Below, in pieces: positions 9,745 through 19,960 of a stretch of DNA of 64,000 nucleotides. Each line of letters starts with the position of its first letter. The first letter of the stretch is position 1. Under the pieces are notes generated by a model, which was not told where the DNA came from, did no database searches, and saw only the letters and a program-made list of their open reading frames with translations. The DNA is from an uncultured Verrucomicrobiae bacterium (GTDB lineage Bacteria; Verrucomicrobiota; Verrucomicrobiia; Limisphaerales; UBA11358): positions 18,076-82,075 of the forward strand of contig CAVWJH010000004.1 in assembly GCA_963755455.1 (NCBI GenBank), read 5' to 3'. The position numbers and the translations under genes were made by a program.

Positions 9745-10215
9745 AAAAAACACCACCGAAAGCCGCCATGTTGGCACAACTAAAAAATTAAAATACAATC
9801 ATCCGTCGCGGAAAATTCGGAACCAGAATACCGGTTGGATTTTGCAGCCGCACACCGAGCGTGCCTCGTGCCCCTATTATATGGCTCGCTCCCGCCGTCA
9901 AGGTTGTGCGCCCTGCACCCGTCGCCTCCACCTTGACCGCGTTCGCTCCGCCATCGGATGGCACTTAGGAATCACGCTCGGAGTCTGCATGTCTGAAGTT
10001 TGAAACATTCTCCTCATTCAACATGTCTTTGGATTACCGACGCGGAAGTGGCCGAGAATTATGCAGTCCGAAATGTTTTTATCAGGTTCGATTCCCAGAT
10101 TCTGTGAATTTTGCGAAGTCAGGAAGACTTGAACGAAAAGTAAGAAATACGTCAAATTGCAAACTTGATTCTCCTGCACTTTTCCTGCACAATTGCGTAA
10201 GCAATTGATAATCAA

Positions 10216-10289
10216 TGGAGCGGGTGAAGGGAATCGAACCCTCGTCTCAGGCTTGGGAAGCCCACATTCTACCATTGAACCACACCCGC
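10216..10289 (-). tRNA. tRNA-Gly(CCC)
   Basis: GCGGGTG acceptor stem, TT-CCC-AA anticodon loop, GGTTCGATTCC T-arm, encoded CCA. Confidence 0.95.
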
Positions 10290-10318
10290 GTGATCCGAAA
10301 AGTTTCAAGTTTCAGCCT

Positions 10319-13106
10319 TCATGTGTCAAGCGCGGCTATTGACTGACGCAACCTGCCTTCAATCACGGCCTGACGCTCCGGAGATTCCACCTTTCTGCCG
10401 TCGAGTTCGCGCACATAAAAACTGTCAATCGCCGCGCCGCGTTCGGTCACGATGCGCGCGCCGGCGATGTCCACCGCCAGTTCGGCGAAGGTCTGCGAAA
10501 TCGCGTAGAGCAGGCCAAGCCGGTCCTCGGTTTCGATTTCGATGAGCGTGCGCGTCTCGGAGGCTTCGTTGTCGAAAGTGGATTTGCGTCGCCATCCGCT
10601 CGCCCGCGTAGGGCTGATAAACCGGCGCGGTACGTGATCTGTCTGGCGATGAGCGCGCGGCAGATCAACCTCCTCGCCGTTCAGAACTTTTTCCAGCAGC
10701 CCGGCGAACTTGTCGTGCTGCTCGCGCGTGGCGAGGTTGCCGGTGCGCGCGTCGTTGACAAAAAAATTGTCGAGCGCAATGCCGTCGGCGCGGGTGAAAA
10801 TCTGCGCGCTCAAGATGTTCAGCCCGGCGGCGCTCAACGAGCCGGCGATTTTGCTGAACAGCCCGGCGCGGTCCCAGGTGCAGATTTTGACGAGGTTGTA
10901 GCCGCGGTCGGGTTCGTCCAGCCACGCGGTCACGGGCGAAAGAGCGCGGTCGTTTTCGAGGATCAGCCGGTGCATGAAACGGTGCGCGAGTTCGAGGTCG
11001 TCGAGAATTTCCTGCGCGGTGTGGATTTCAAAATAACGCGGCGGCAGCGCGGTGAAATGCGCGTCCAGTTCCTCGTCGCTGATTTGTGTTCGGCGCAAGT
11101 TCGCGGACTTCCTGCATGAGCGCTTCGCGCTGTTTCTTCCGACGGCGCGGAGGAATTCCGTGCCGCCGGTGAGCAGCGGCATCGCGCGCGAATGCAACTG
11201 CCAGAGCAGCGAATCCTTGAAGCCGTTCCACAAGCTTGTCGCTCGTGCCCTGCGAATCGGCGAACGTCAGCAGCGTCAGCAGGTTCAAACTCTCCGGCGT
11301 CTGGATCTGCCGCGCAAATTTTCGGATGACCGCCGCGTCGTCGAGGTCGCGCCGCTGCGAAAGGCTGGCCATGAGCAGGTGGTTTTCGATGATGAGCCGC
11401 AGCGTGTGCGACGCGGAGCCGTCCAGATGCAGCCGTTTGGCCGCGCGCATGGCCATTTCCGCGCTGACTTCCGGGATGGCCGCCTTTTTTGTGGTGCTCG
11501 GCTTTGCCGACGTCGTGCAGCAGCAGCGCGAGGTAAAGCAGGCCGGGCCGGTTCAAGCCTTGAAACAGCGGCGCGTAATTTTTATACGGCGGCTCCTGCG
11601 CCTCCCAGATTTTGTCGAGCTGTTCGAGGCAGACCAGCGTGTGTTCGTCGGCGGCGTATTGATGATAAAATTCGTGCTGCACGAGGCAGGTCAGCTTGCC
11701 GAATTCGGGAATGTATTTGCCGAGCAGGTTGACCTCGTGCATCGCGCGCAAAATCGGCGCGACTTCGCCGCGCCGTTCGAGGATGGTCAGGAACGTTTCG
11801 CGGACGTGCTCGTCGTTCAAAAAATCGCGGTCCACGAGCGAGAGCTGGTTGCGGATGAGCTGCGCGAGGTCGGGATGCAACTGCAGCCGCCGCTGCTGCG
11901 CGTGCAGAAAAACGCGCATGAGCCGGCGCGGCGAATCGCGGAAAATGCGGCTGGACGCGGCGTGGATTTCGCCGTCGATGAATTTGAAGCCGTCCACGGG
12001 TTCCGGTTCGCGGCTTTTCGGGCAGCCACGCGCGCAGCGAAAGCCTGCCTGGAGCGGCGCGACGAGCGCCATGCGCTGTTCCAGCGTGCGCGTGATGAGG
12101 AAAATGTTCCGCATGTGCGTGTAAAGGTCGCGCATGAATTTCTCGATGCGCTTGCTCGGCGAACGGTCGCCGTAGCCGAGCGCGTGCGCCACGGCGGGCT
12201 GCAGGTTTTTCCCCAGCACGTCGAGCGGCGCGGTCGACTTCGTAATGCAGTTCCGTCCGCACGCGCAGCAGAAAATCGTAGGCGGCTTCAAGCTGCTTGC
12301 GCTCGGCCTCGCTGACAAATTCCTGCCGTTCTGCAAGTCCGCCAGCGAGCGCGTGCGGTATTTGAAAAACGCCATCCACAACAGATTTTGAAAATCGCGC
12401 AGGCCGCCGCAGCCGTTCTTGATGTTCGGCTCCTGCATGCGTCGCCGAATTGCCGTATTTCGTGCGCCGCGTCGCCTGGTCTTCGAGGCGCATGGCGATG
12501 TATTTTTCCTCGAAGCCCGCGACGCATTTGGCCACGAGCGTCTTCTGGAATTTTTTGAAAAGCGCCTCGTCGCCGACAATCAGCCGCGCCTCGATGAGCG
12601 ACGTTTTGGACTGCATGTCCGTGTTCGCCACCTTCACGCAATCGTCAATGCTCCGCACCGCGTGGCCGACTTTCAGGCCGACATCCCAGAGCGGATACAG
12701 AACGCCGTCAATCAATTTGGACAGATGCGGCAGCGGCTTGTTCGCCGCGATCTGGCCGTCGTGCAGAAACATGAAGTCAATGTCGCTGTGCGGATTCAGT
12801 TCCGCGCGGCCGTAACCGCCGATGGCCACGAGCGCGAGCGGCGGAAATTCCTTTTGCGCCTGCGGTGACAAGGCCGCGTTTTCGACAGTGCCCAAAGATG
12901 CCGCAGCAGCGCGTCAAGCATCGCCGCGCGCGCCGCGCAAATTTCGCGCCCGCCCGCGCCCGCGCGATGCTCCATTTTCAGCCGGTGCGTTTCCACCTTG
13001 AGAAAACGCCTTGTAGCGCGCGAGTTGTTCCGCCGCGTCGCCGGTCGGCGGCAGCGGCAGACGCTCCGCCGCGTCGTTCTTGAATTTTTCTGATCAAATC
13101 CTGCAT
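10319..13106 (-). CDS. glnD: [Protein-PII] uridylyltransferase (several frameshifts in this sequence)
   Basis: AIGGYGRAELNPHSDIDF, EPNIKNGCGGLRD, HQYAADEH, LLHDVGK HD motif and two ACT domains, spread over several frames. Confidence 0.92.
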
Positions 13107-13244
13107 CGGGCGCGCATAAGTTGCGGAGAAAATGATTTGAAGGCAAGCACGCCGGTTAAAATGTTGCGCGAAAAATCCATTTAATTTCTACAGCCCGCAG
13201 CGAAACCTTGTCGCGCGTCCGGCGTTCAATAGACTCTTCAAACG

Positions 13245-13841
13245 ATGGCAGTCCAACCCGACCCGGATGCCGGCCTGATGCTGCGCGTCAAGCGCGGCGA
13301 CCGCGCGGCGTTCACCGAGCTGGTCGAGAAATACAAGCAGCCGGTGATGAATTTTGTCTTCCGCTCGCTGCGCGATGAAACCGAGGCGGAGGACCTGGCG
13401 CAAAATGTTTTCCTGCAAGTCTTCAAATCCCGCGCCCGCTACGAACGCACGGCGAAATTTTCCACCTGGCTTTTCACCATCGCGCGCAATCTGTGCCTGA
13501 ACGAAATCCGCCGCCGCTCGCGCCATCCCGCCGAATCGCTCGAGGAAACGCACGCCGAACACGAAGACCAGCCGCAGCGGCAATACGAGGACAAAAAAGT
13601 TTTTCTGCCGACGGAAAATATGCTGCACGGCGAACTCGCCAAAAAAATTGATGAGGCGCTGGCCGAACTGCCGGAGAACCAGCGCACCGCCATTCTGCTC
13701 TGCCGTCAGGACGAGTTGAGCTACGAGGAAATCGCCGAGGTTCTGGACTGCTCGCTTTCCGCCACGAAATCGCTCATCCATCGCGGACGCGAAACGCTCA
13801 AGGAAAAGCTCAAGCCGTATCTGCAAACCGGCGAGTGGTGA
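13245..13841 (+). CDS. ECF sigma-70 factor (RpoE-like)
   Basis: AEDLAQNVF, FSTWLFTIARN, LSYEEIAEVL..S..KSLIHRGR. Confidence 0.93.
   Translation: MAVQPDPDAGLMLRVKRGDRAAFTELVEKYKQPVMNFVFRSLRDETEAEDLAQNVFLQVFKSRARYERTAKFSTWLFTIARNLCLNEIRRRSRHPAESLEETHAEHEDQPQRQYEDKKVFLPTENMLHGELAKKIDEALAELPENQRTAILLCRQDELSYEEIAEVLDCSLSATKSLIHRGRETLKEKLKPYLQTGEW
13787..13838 (+). repeat. 52-bp direct repeat copy 1 (3' end of the sigma gene); copy 2 at 18898-18949
   Basis: ACGCGAAACGCTCAAGGAAAAGCTCAAGCCGTATCTGCAAACCGGCGAGTGG; 46/52 identical to copy 2. Confidence 0.9.
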
Positions 13842-13927
13842 ACCGCGATGAAATTCCGAAAACCCGCCATTGCGAAACGGCGGGGATTTGCGATAGTGTT
13901 TTGCAATAGTTCAACCAAGGCAAAAGC

Positions 13928-14200
13928 ATGGCACAGGCAATCATGGATCCGGAAAAAGTGCGGCGGTTCGCCGAGGAACTGCAGCGCTTCAACAGCGACA
14001 TCGAGAACCGCATGACGCTGCTGCACGCGCGCTTCGCGGCGCTCGGCGACACATGGTCGGACCAGGAGCACGAGAAATTCGCCGTGGAATTCCGGCAGGC
14101 GATCAAGGCGTTGAAAAAATTTGTCGAGCTTTCCAAGGAACATACGCCTTACCTGATGCGCAAGGTGCAGCGCATTGAGGAATACCTGAACCAGCACTGA
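13928..14200 (+). CDS. WXG100/ESAT-6-like protein
   Basis: 90 aa, MDPEKVRRFAEEL start, central W-S-D turn, helical hairpin. Confidence 0.85.
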   Translation: MAQAIMDPEKVRRFAEELQRFNSDIENRMTLLHARFAALGDTWSDQEHEKFAVEFRQAIKALKKFVELSKEHTPYLMRKVQRIEEYLNQH

Positions 14201-14284
14201 CCTAAAACACTCTTCGTCATCCTCGTCCTCGTCCTCATGAATCAAAAACCGTGACGATGAGAATGAGGATGAGAATGAAAAACC

Positions 14285-14818
14285 ATGCCTGAAAAAGCCC
14301 AGATCACTTCGGTTGAAGCCATCGAGTCCTTCCGGGCGCAGCTCATCGTGTTTCTCGGCCAGGCGCGTCCCGTGCTGGAGGAGGCCGGAAACGAAATGTC
14401 GCGCACGCGGCTCTGGCTGCAGAACGAGCAGCGGATGTTCTGGGAAATTGACCTGCGCCGGCGCGAACGGCGGCTGGAGGAGGCGAAGCAGGAATTGTTC
14501 AACGCCAAGGTCTCCAGCCTGCCGACGGGAACCGCCGCACTTTTGCAGATGACGATGCAGCGGGCGCAGCGCGCCGTCCACGAGGCCGAGGCCAAACTCA
14601 AGCTCTTGAAACGCTGGGACACCGAGCTCGACAATCGCGCCGCGCCATTGATGAAGCAGATCGGCCAACTGCACGGATTCCTCGCCATGGACATGACGCG
14701 AGCCGTGGCCTATCTCGACCAGATTCTCCGGACGCTGGATGCCTACCGGAATGTCGGCACGTCCCGAGGCGAGACGTCCGTCGCCGCCGAACCGGAAAAA
14801 ACGGAGGAGAAAAAATGA
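14285..14818 (+). CDS. Helical coiled-coil protein of the WXG100 locus
   Basis: 177 aa amphipathic helices; its stop overlaps the start of the next gene. Confidence 0.75.
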   Translation: MPEKAQITSVEAIESFRAQLIVFLGQARPVLEEAGNEMSRTRLWLQNEQRMFWEIDLRRRERRLEEAKQELFNAKVSSLPTGTAALLQMTMQRAQRAVHEAEAKLKLLKRWDTELDNRAAPLMKQIGQLHGFLAMDMTRAVAYLDQILRTLDAYRNVGTSRGETSVAAEPEKTEEKK

Positions 14819-15027
14819 GCTTGAGCGGCAACCGGGGACGGCTCATCGGCCTGACGCGCGACATTTCGCTCCAATGGGACGAGACAAAAAATTACTGGCG
14901 CGACGCGAAGAGCGACGAATTCGAGCGCAAGTTCATGGTGGAACTTTCCGCGCACGTCAACCGCGCGACCATGGTTCTGGAACAAATGGAGGAACTTTTG
15001 AAAAAAGTGAGGAGCGACTGTGAATAG
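14815..15027 (+). CDS. Short WXG100-like protein
   Basis: 70 aa with a W-R-D turn (YWRDAKSDEF); overlaps both neighbours. Confidence 0.7.
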   Translation: MSLSGNRGRLIGLTRDISLQWDETKNYWRDAKSDEFERKFMVELSAHVNRATMVLEQMEELLKKVRSDCE

Positions 15028-18000
15028 CCTGCCCGGGGTCAACGAAACACTTGCGCTGCTCGACGCGCTCAAGGGCGTCGTCCGCGATTTCGTGGCTCGT
15101 GAGGAAAAGCTTGAAAGCAGATTCCGCGTTCTTTCTGCCGCAGAAGCGGACGCCTTTTCCACCCGGAGCCAGACGCAGGCCGAAGCCGCCGCCACGCGCG
15201 AAACAAACACGGCTGATGCGCTGGAAATGGAAAGGAAACGCCTCCAGTCCCGGTTTGAAAAACGCAGGGAGCGCATCAACCGCGCCAATGTCGCCGTCAA
15301 CCGGTGGGTGCAGGACGCAATCATACAATGCGACGCCGAATGGAAAGACCGCACGCAGGAAGGCGTGCAGGCGGCGGAACTCCGCCGCGCCGGGGAACTC
15401 ACCAATGCCACGGCAAACTTCAATGATTTCCAGCAAAATCTGACTGCCGCCGGCGAAGAATTGACGAAGTTGGAAATGGCGGCGCTCGGCGCATTTCGCG
15501 GCTACGGAAAATTCCGGCGGATGCTCGCGCCCGGCCGAAAATGGCCGGAGCCGGATTTGACGCCGGATGAAAATGCGCTTTTCAAAGAATTTCAAAAGCT
15601 CCAGTCGAAAATCGCCGGCGACTTGATCCGCTTCGGAAAATTTCCGCTGCCGCTGATTTTCAGATTCCTGCCCGTCTGGCTTTTGTCCGCACTGCTCCTC
15701 GCCGTCGCGGCGGCACATCCGGCCCTCGCACATTTTGGCCGGAACGACATCACGCAATTGGAAGCCAGCCTTGCGCTGGGGGCGTTTGTTCTGGTCGTCA
15801 TCATTTATTTTGCCGGCGGCCAGCTTGCCGCGTCGCTTGCAAAATCCATTGCCGGAGACCTGGCAAAAATGCGGCGGCTGTTTGATGCCTGCGCTGAAAA
15901 ATCCGCAGCGCATCTTCAATCGGAACAGGCGCGGTTTGATGATGAATTTGAAACCACCAGGAACAATTTCAACCAGGAATGGCGGCAGGCCGTCCGCAAC
16001 ATCAGCGAATCGCGCAGCGCCAATTCCACGGTCATCCGGGAGAAAGCCGCGCGGGTCTCGCAGAAAAACGAGCGCTGGTATCGCAAGGAGCTTGAGCAGA
16101 TTCAACCGCGCCACGCCGAAGCTGCGGCGCGATTGAAGGCGGAAGACGCCGCGCAAGTCCGGCAGATCGCCGAGGCGCAAAAGGCCAAAATGGCGCAGAT
16201 TGAAGACGAGCACCGGCGCGAACGGCAGGAATTGGAAACGGACTGGAATAACACCGTCACGCCGCTGTGCGAACAATTGCGCGCCGCAAACGACGCGGCG
16301 GAAAAAGCTTTTCCGGTGTGGAAAGACGCTTCATGGAAAAACTGGACACCGCCGCTGGAATTTCAAAACGCCGCGAAATTTGCGCGGCTGGAATCGCCGT
16401 TGGAAACATTTGCCGGCGCGCTCCCAAAAAACCCGCGCCTGAAATGGCCCGGCCCGGAAATCATTTCCGCGCCGCTGTCGCTGGTGTTTCCGGCGCAAGG
16501 CTCGATCCTTTTTGAAACCGGCAAGAGCAGCGGCGACGAGGCGTTCGGCGCGATCAATAGTGTCATTTTCCGGCTGCTGGCCACCACGCCGCCGGGGAAG
16601 TTGAGCTTTACGATTTTTGACCCGGTCGGCCTCGGCCAGAATTTTTCGTCGCTCATGCACCTCGCGGATTATGAGGAAGGCAGCATCAACAGCCGCATCT
16701 GGACGCAGCAGGCGCAGTTTGAGGAGAAGCTCGCGGAGTTGAACGAGCACATGGAAAAAATCATCCAGATGTATCTCCGCAACGAATACGCGACCATCGC
16801 GGAATACAACGCGCAGGCCGGCAGCATCGCGGAGAAATATCATTTCCTCGTCATCGCGTCCTTCCCGGTCAACTTCAGCGACACGGCGGCAAAGCGGCTC
16901 CGCAACATCGCCGCCAACGGCGCGCGTTGCGGCGTCTTCACGCTCATCCATTGGGACCAGTGGAACGCGGTGCCGCAGGATTTTGTGCCGGATGAATTGC
17001 GGAAAAATTCTGTCTGCCTCGTCCACACCAGCCGCGGTTTTGAACTGGCCGGCCAGCAGCAGCCGGGCGCGCGGCTCCTGCTCGATCCGCCGCCGCCGCC
17101 GGAATTCGCCACGGATTTTCTGCATCGCGTCGGCGAGGGCAGCAAGGACGCCAACCGCGTTGAAGTGCCGTTTGAACAAATTGCGCCGACCGAATTGTGG
17201 CAGGAAGAAACCACCGACCTGTTGCGCGTGCCGATTGGCCGCTCCGGTGCGACGAAATTTCAATATCTCGAAATCGGCGGCGGCACGCGCCAGCACGCTC
17301 TCATCGCGGGCAAAACCGGTTCCGGCAAATCCACTTTGTTCCACGTCATCATCACGAACCTCGCGCTGCGGTGCAGCCCGGAAGAAGTGGAATTTTATCT
17401 GATTGATTTCAAAAAAGGTGTCGAGTTCAAATGTTACGGCAGCCGCAAATTGCCGCACGCAAAAGTCGTCGCCATCGAGAGCGACCGCGAATTCGGCTTG
17501 AGCGTGCTGCAACGGCTGGACGAAGAATTGCGTCGGCGCGGCGATTTGTTCCGCAAGCTCGGCGCGCAGGACCTCGCCGGATACAAACGCGCCGGCGGAA
17601 CTGAACCGGTTCCGCGCACGTTGCTGATGATTGACGAGTTTCAGGAATTTTTCACCGAGGAAGACCGCATTTCGCAGGGCGCGGCGGTTTTGCTCGACAG
17701 AATTGTCCGTCAAGGCCGCGCGTTTGGCATTCACGTCATCCTCGGTTCGCAGACGCTTGGCGGCGCTTACACGCTCGCCCGCGCGACCATCGGGCAGATG
17801 GTCATCCGCATCGCACTCCAATGCAACGAGGCCGATGCGTATTTGATCATGGATCAGGACAATCCCGCGCCGCGCCTGCTCTCGCGTCCCGGCGAAGGCA
17901 TTTACAACGACGCGGCGGGCGCGCTGGAAGGCAACAGCCCGTTTCAAGCCGTCTGGCTGTCCGACAAAACGCGCGATGCTTATCTGGCGAAAATCCGCGA

Positions 18001-18892
18001 ACGCGCGGATCAAAAGGCGAATCAATATCCCGGCCCGCTGGTGTTTGAAGGCAACGCCCCGGCGGACGTGTGCGAAAATCTTCCCTTGCACGAGGCATTG
18101 GAAAAAACTGCAACGCAAATTCCCGTGCAATCGAGCGTCTGGCTCGGCGCGCCCAATTCCATCAAAGGCCCGACCGAGGCGATTTTCCGGCGGCAGAGCG
18201 GCAGCAATCTCCTCGTCGTCGGCCAGAGCGAGGAGCGCACGACGACGATTGTGGCGGTCTCGCTCATTTCGCTGGCGTCGCAGTTTCCGAAGGACGCCGC
18301 GCGGTTTGTTTTGCTCGACAGCACGCCGCAGGGATTTCCGCAGCGGGAATTTTTGGAGCGCATTGTCCGCTCCGTGCCGCACGAGACGGTTCAAGGAAGC
18401 AACAGCAGCCTGGCCGAAGTGATGAACTCGCTGGCGGAGGAATTGAAACGGCGCGCGGAAAATGAATCGTCCGGGCCGGAAATTTTCTTGCTGGTCAACG
18501 GATTGCAAAATTTCAAGAAGCTGCGGGCGGAGGACGAGTTCAGTTTTTCGAGCGGCAGCGGCGATGCGCTGAATCCCGCCGCCATTTTGTCGAGCCTCAT
18601 CACCGAAGGATCGGCGCGCGGAATCCACGTCATCATCACCTGCGACACTTACAACAACATGAGCCGGTTCCTGGGACGGAAGGCGCTGGGCGAATTTGAA
18701 ATGCGCGTGGTCTTTCAGATGAGCGCGAGCGACTCGGCCAGTTTGATTGACACGCCCGCCGCCGGCACGCTTGGGCTGCATCGCGCGCTGTTTTACAACG
18801 ACCGCGAAGGCAGCCTCGAAACTTTCCGTCCCTACGCGCAGCCGGACGGCGAATGGATTGAAAACGTCGCGCGGCAGCCGGCATTTGGGTAA
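15020..18892 (+). CDS. FtsK/SpoIIIE-family membrane ATPase (EccC/EssC-like)
   Basis: Coiled-coil N-terminus, two hydrophobic TM segments, intact AGKTGSGKS/IDEFQ/RQGRAFGIH domain flanked by two degenerate RecA-like domains. Confidence 0.9.
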   Translation: MNSLPGVNETLALLDALKGVVRDFVAREEKLESRFRVLSAAEADAFSTRSQTQAEAAATRETNTADALEMERKRLQSRFEKRRERINRANVAVNRWVQDAIIQCDAEWKDRTQEGVQAAELRRAGELTNATANFNDFQQNLTAAGEELTKLEMAALGAFRGYGKFRRMLAPGRKWPEPDLTPDENALFKEFQKLQSKIAGDLIRFGKFPLPLIFRFLPVWLLSALLLAVAAAHPALAHFGRNDITQLEASLALGAFVLVVIIYFAGGQLAASLAKSIAGDLAKMRRLFDACAEKSAAHLQSEQARFDDEFETTRNNFNQEWRQAVRNISESRSANSTVIREKAARVSQKNERWYRKELEQIQPRHAEAAARLKAEDAAQVRQIAEAQKAKMAQIEDEHRRERQELETDWNNTVTPLCEQLRAANDAAEKAFPVWKDASWKNWTPPLEFQNAAKFARLESPLETFAGALPKNPRLKWPGPEIISAPLSLVFPAQGSILFETGKSSGDEAFGAINSVIFRLLATTPPGKLSFTIFDPVGLGQNFSSLMHLADYEEGSINSRIWTQQAQFEEKLAELNEHMEKIIQMYLRNEYATIAEYNAQAGSIAEKYHFLVIASFPVNFSDTAAKRLRNIAANGARCGVFTLIHWDQWNAVPQDFVPDELRKNSVCLVHTSRGFELAGQQQPGARLLLDPPPPPEFATDFLHRVGEGSKDANRVEVPFEQIAPTELWQEETTDLLRVPIGRSGATKFQYLEIGGGTRQHALIAGKTGSGKSTLFHVIITNLALRCSPEEVEFYLIDFKKGVEFKCYGSRKLPHAKVVAIESDREFGLSVLQRLDEELRRRGDLFRKLGAQDLAGYKRAGGTEPVPRTLLMIDEFQEFFTEEDRISQGAAVLLDRIVRQGRAFGIHVILGSQTLGGAYTLARATIGQMVIRIALQCNEADAYLIMDQDNPAPRLLSRPGEGIYNDAAGALEGNSPFQAVWLSDKTRDAYLAKIRERADQKANQYPGPLVFEGNAPADVCENLPLHEALEKTATQIPVQSSVWLGAPNSIKGPTEAIFRRQSGSNLLVVGQSEERTTTIVAVSLISLASQFPKDAARFVLLDSTPQGFPQREFLERIVRSVPHETVQGSNSSLAEVMNSLAEELKRRAENESSGPEIFLLVNGLQNFKKLRAEDEFSFSSGSGDALNPAAILSSLITEGSARGIHVIITCDTYNNMSRFLGRKALGEFEMRVVFQMSASDSASLIDTPAAGTLGLHRALFYNDREGSLETFRPYAQPDGEWIENVARQPAFG

Positions 18893-18897
18893 TGATC

Positions 18898-18949
18898 ACG
18901 CGAAATGCGCAAGGAAAAACTCAAGCTGTATCTGCAAACTGGCGAGCGG
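18898..18949 (+). repeat. 52-bp direct repeat copy 2 (displaced sigma 3' end)
   Basis: Translates REMRKEKLKLYLQTGER versus sigma RETLKEKLKPYLQTGEW. Confidence 0.9.
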
Positions 18950-18961
18950 AATGAATGAGAA

Positions 18962-19294
18962 TTATCGGCCGGAAAATAAAATTTCGCCGTTTTTGATTTT
19001 ATGCAATTCTGCTTCCAAACTATCAATTATTGAAGGAGGAATGTCGCGTCGAGACCGAAGAAGCGGCAAACACACTTCCAAAATTAATTGCCGTTCCTCT
19101 TCTGAATTTTCTGCAATTGCAGGATTTATTGCAGAGCCGTCGCCACTCAATGTTTTTCCATCAAGCTTTCCAAGTTGAATAACTGTTCTGACAGAATCAG
19201 CTACAATCTCATCATGGTATCGTTTGATGTCGTAAACATAGGCAGTTAATTTTTCTCTGATTTTCGGAACGAGTTGGTTGATTGATGTATTCAT
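18962..19294 (-). CDS. Hypothetical protein, AT-rich
   Basis: 110-aa ORF in a visibly AT-rich segment. Confidence 0.55.
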   Translation of the reverse strand: MNTSINQLVPKIREKLTAYVYDIKRYHDEIVADSVRTVIQLGKLDGKTLSGDGSAINPAIAENSEEERQLILEVCLPLLRSRRDIPPSIIDSLEAELHKIKNGEILFSGR

Positions 19295-19462
19295 AATTTT
19301 TTATTCTTATTGGTTTTATCGTGCTCCACAAACGCGTGGAATGCAGCAAGGCTGGACAAACATATTCTGCTTTTCCTGTCAACTAAAATAATTTTGATTT
19401 TACCCTCGACCAAATTTACTGAATAAGATAAACATGGTAAACGCTGTGGAAATGAAATAGAA

Positions 19463-19960
19463 ATGAAAAAAGCGATTCAAAGTTTTTTATCAGTCGCAGT
19501 TGCCGTGATTTTTTTTACTGGATGCTCACCAGAACCTTCCACTGACGACGGAGAAAAGATTTTTCAAGATGAAATAAACAGCATTATACACCGAGACCAA
19601 ATTAAACTTGTCAGTTTTAAGAAAGTTAACGGCCAAGCAGGACAAATTACAAACCGAGAAGGAATGACCGTTCAATCTTATAGCTTGGAATATAGTGCTG
19701 AAGTTGAAGCTATTCAACGATGTGTAATTTCCATTGATAAAGAATCATTTTACACTTGGGGAGAAACTAATAGTGGCTTTAGCCTTTTCGACGACTTACA
19801 GCCAGAACAAATAGGACACGAATCTTGGGTTGATTGTGCAATAAAAATGAATTCCGGCCAACGATGTATAATTACTGGCACTATTATATTAGAAAAAACT
19901 GAAAAGGGATGGGCATATAATAAATTCAAAGCCGGTTATCTCCAAACAGAAATAAACTAA
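19463..19960 (+). CDS. Hypothetical lipoprotein, AT-rich
   Basis: MKK-hydrophobic-FFTGC lipobox. Confidence 0.7.
   Translation: MKKAIQSFLSVAVAVIFFTGCSPEPSTDDGEKIFQDEINSIIHRDQIKLVSFKKVNGQAGQITNREGMTVQSYSLEYSAEVEAIQRCVISIDKESFYTWGETNSGFSLFDDLQPEQIGHESWVDCAIKMNSGQRCIITGTIILEKTEKGWAYNKFKAGYLQTEIN

Larger units (their letters stand above)
1..10215. mobile_element. Defence island / integrative element (right part), abutting the tRNA-Gly 3' end
   Basis: Recombinase + 2 ParB triad, R-M and Ubl defence genes next to a tRNA 3' end; the left border is outside the window. Confidence 0.7.

Noticed and set aside
10018-10308. 96-aa ORF
   Set aside because: It overlaps tRNA-Gly and is spurious
14208-14280. 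Acidic micro-ORF or ncRNA from (TCCTCG)n/(GAGAAT)n; similar tract at 57943-57975
   Set aside because: Low-complexity hexamer palindrome with no evidence of a separate gene
16331-18781. Long antisense ORFs (816 aa here; also 39203-40549, 54278-55675 and 30724-31935)
   Set aside because: Shadows of GC-rich coding genes on the opposite strand, with no motifs
15020-18892. Cell-division FtsK or a conjugative coupling protein
   Set aside because: No gamma domain or 4-TM N-terminus, no relaxase or T4SS genes; the neighbours are WXG100-like
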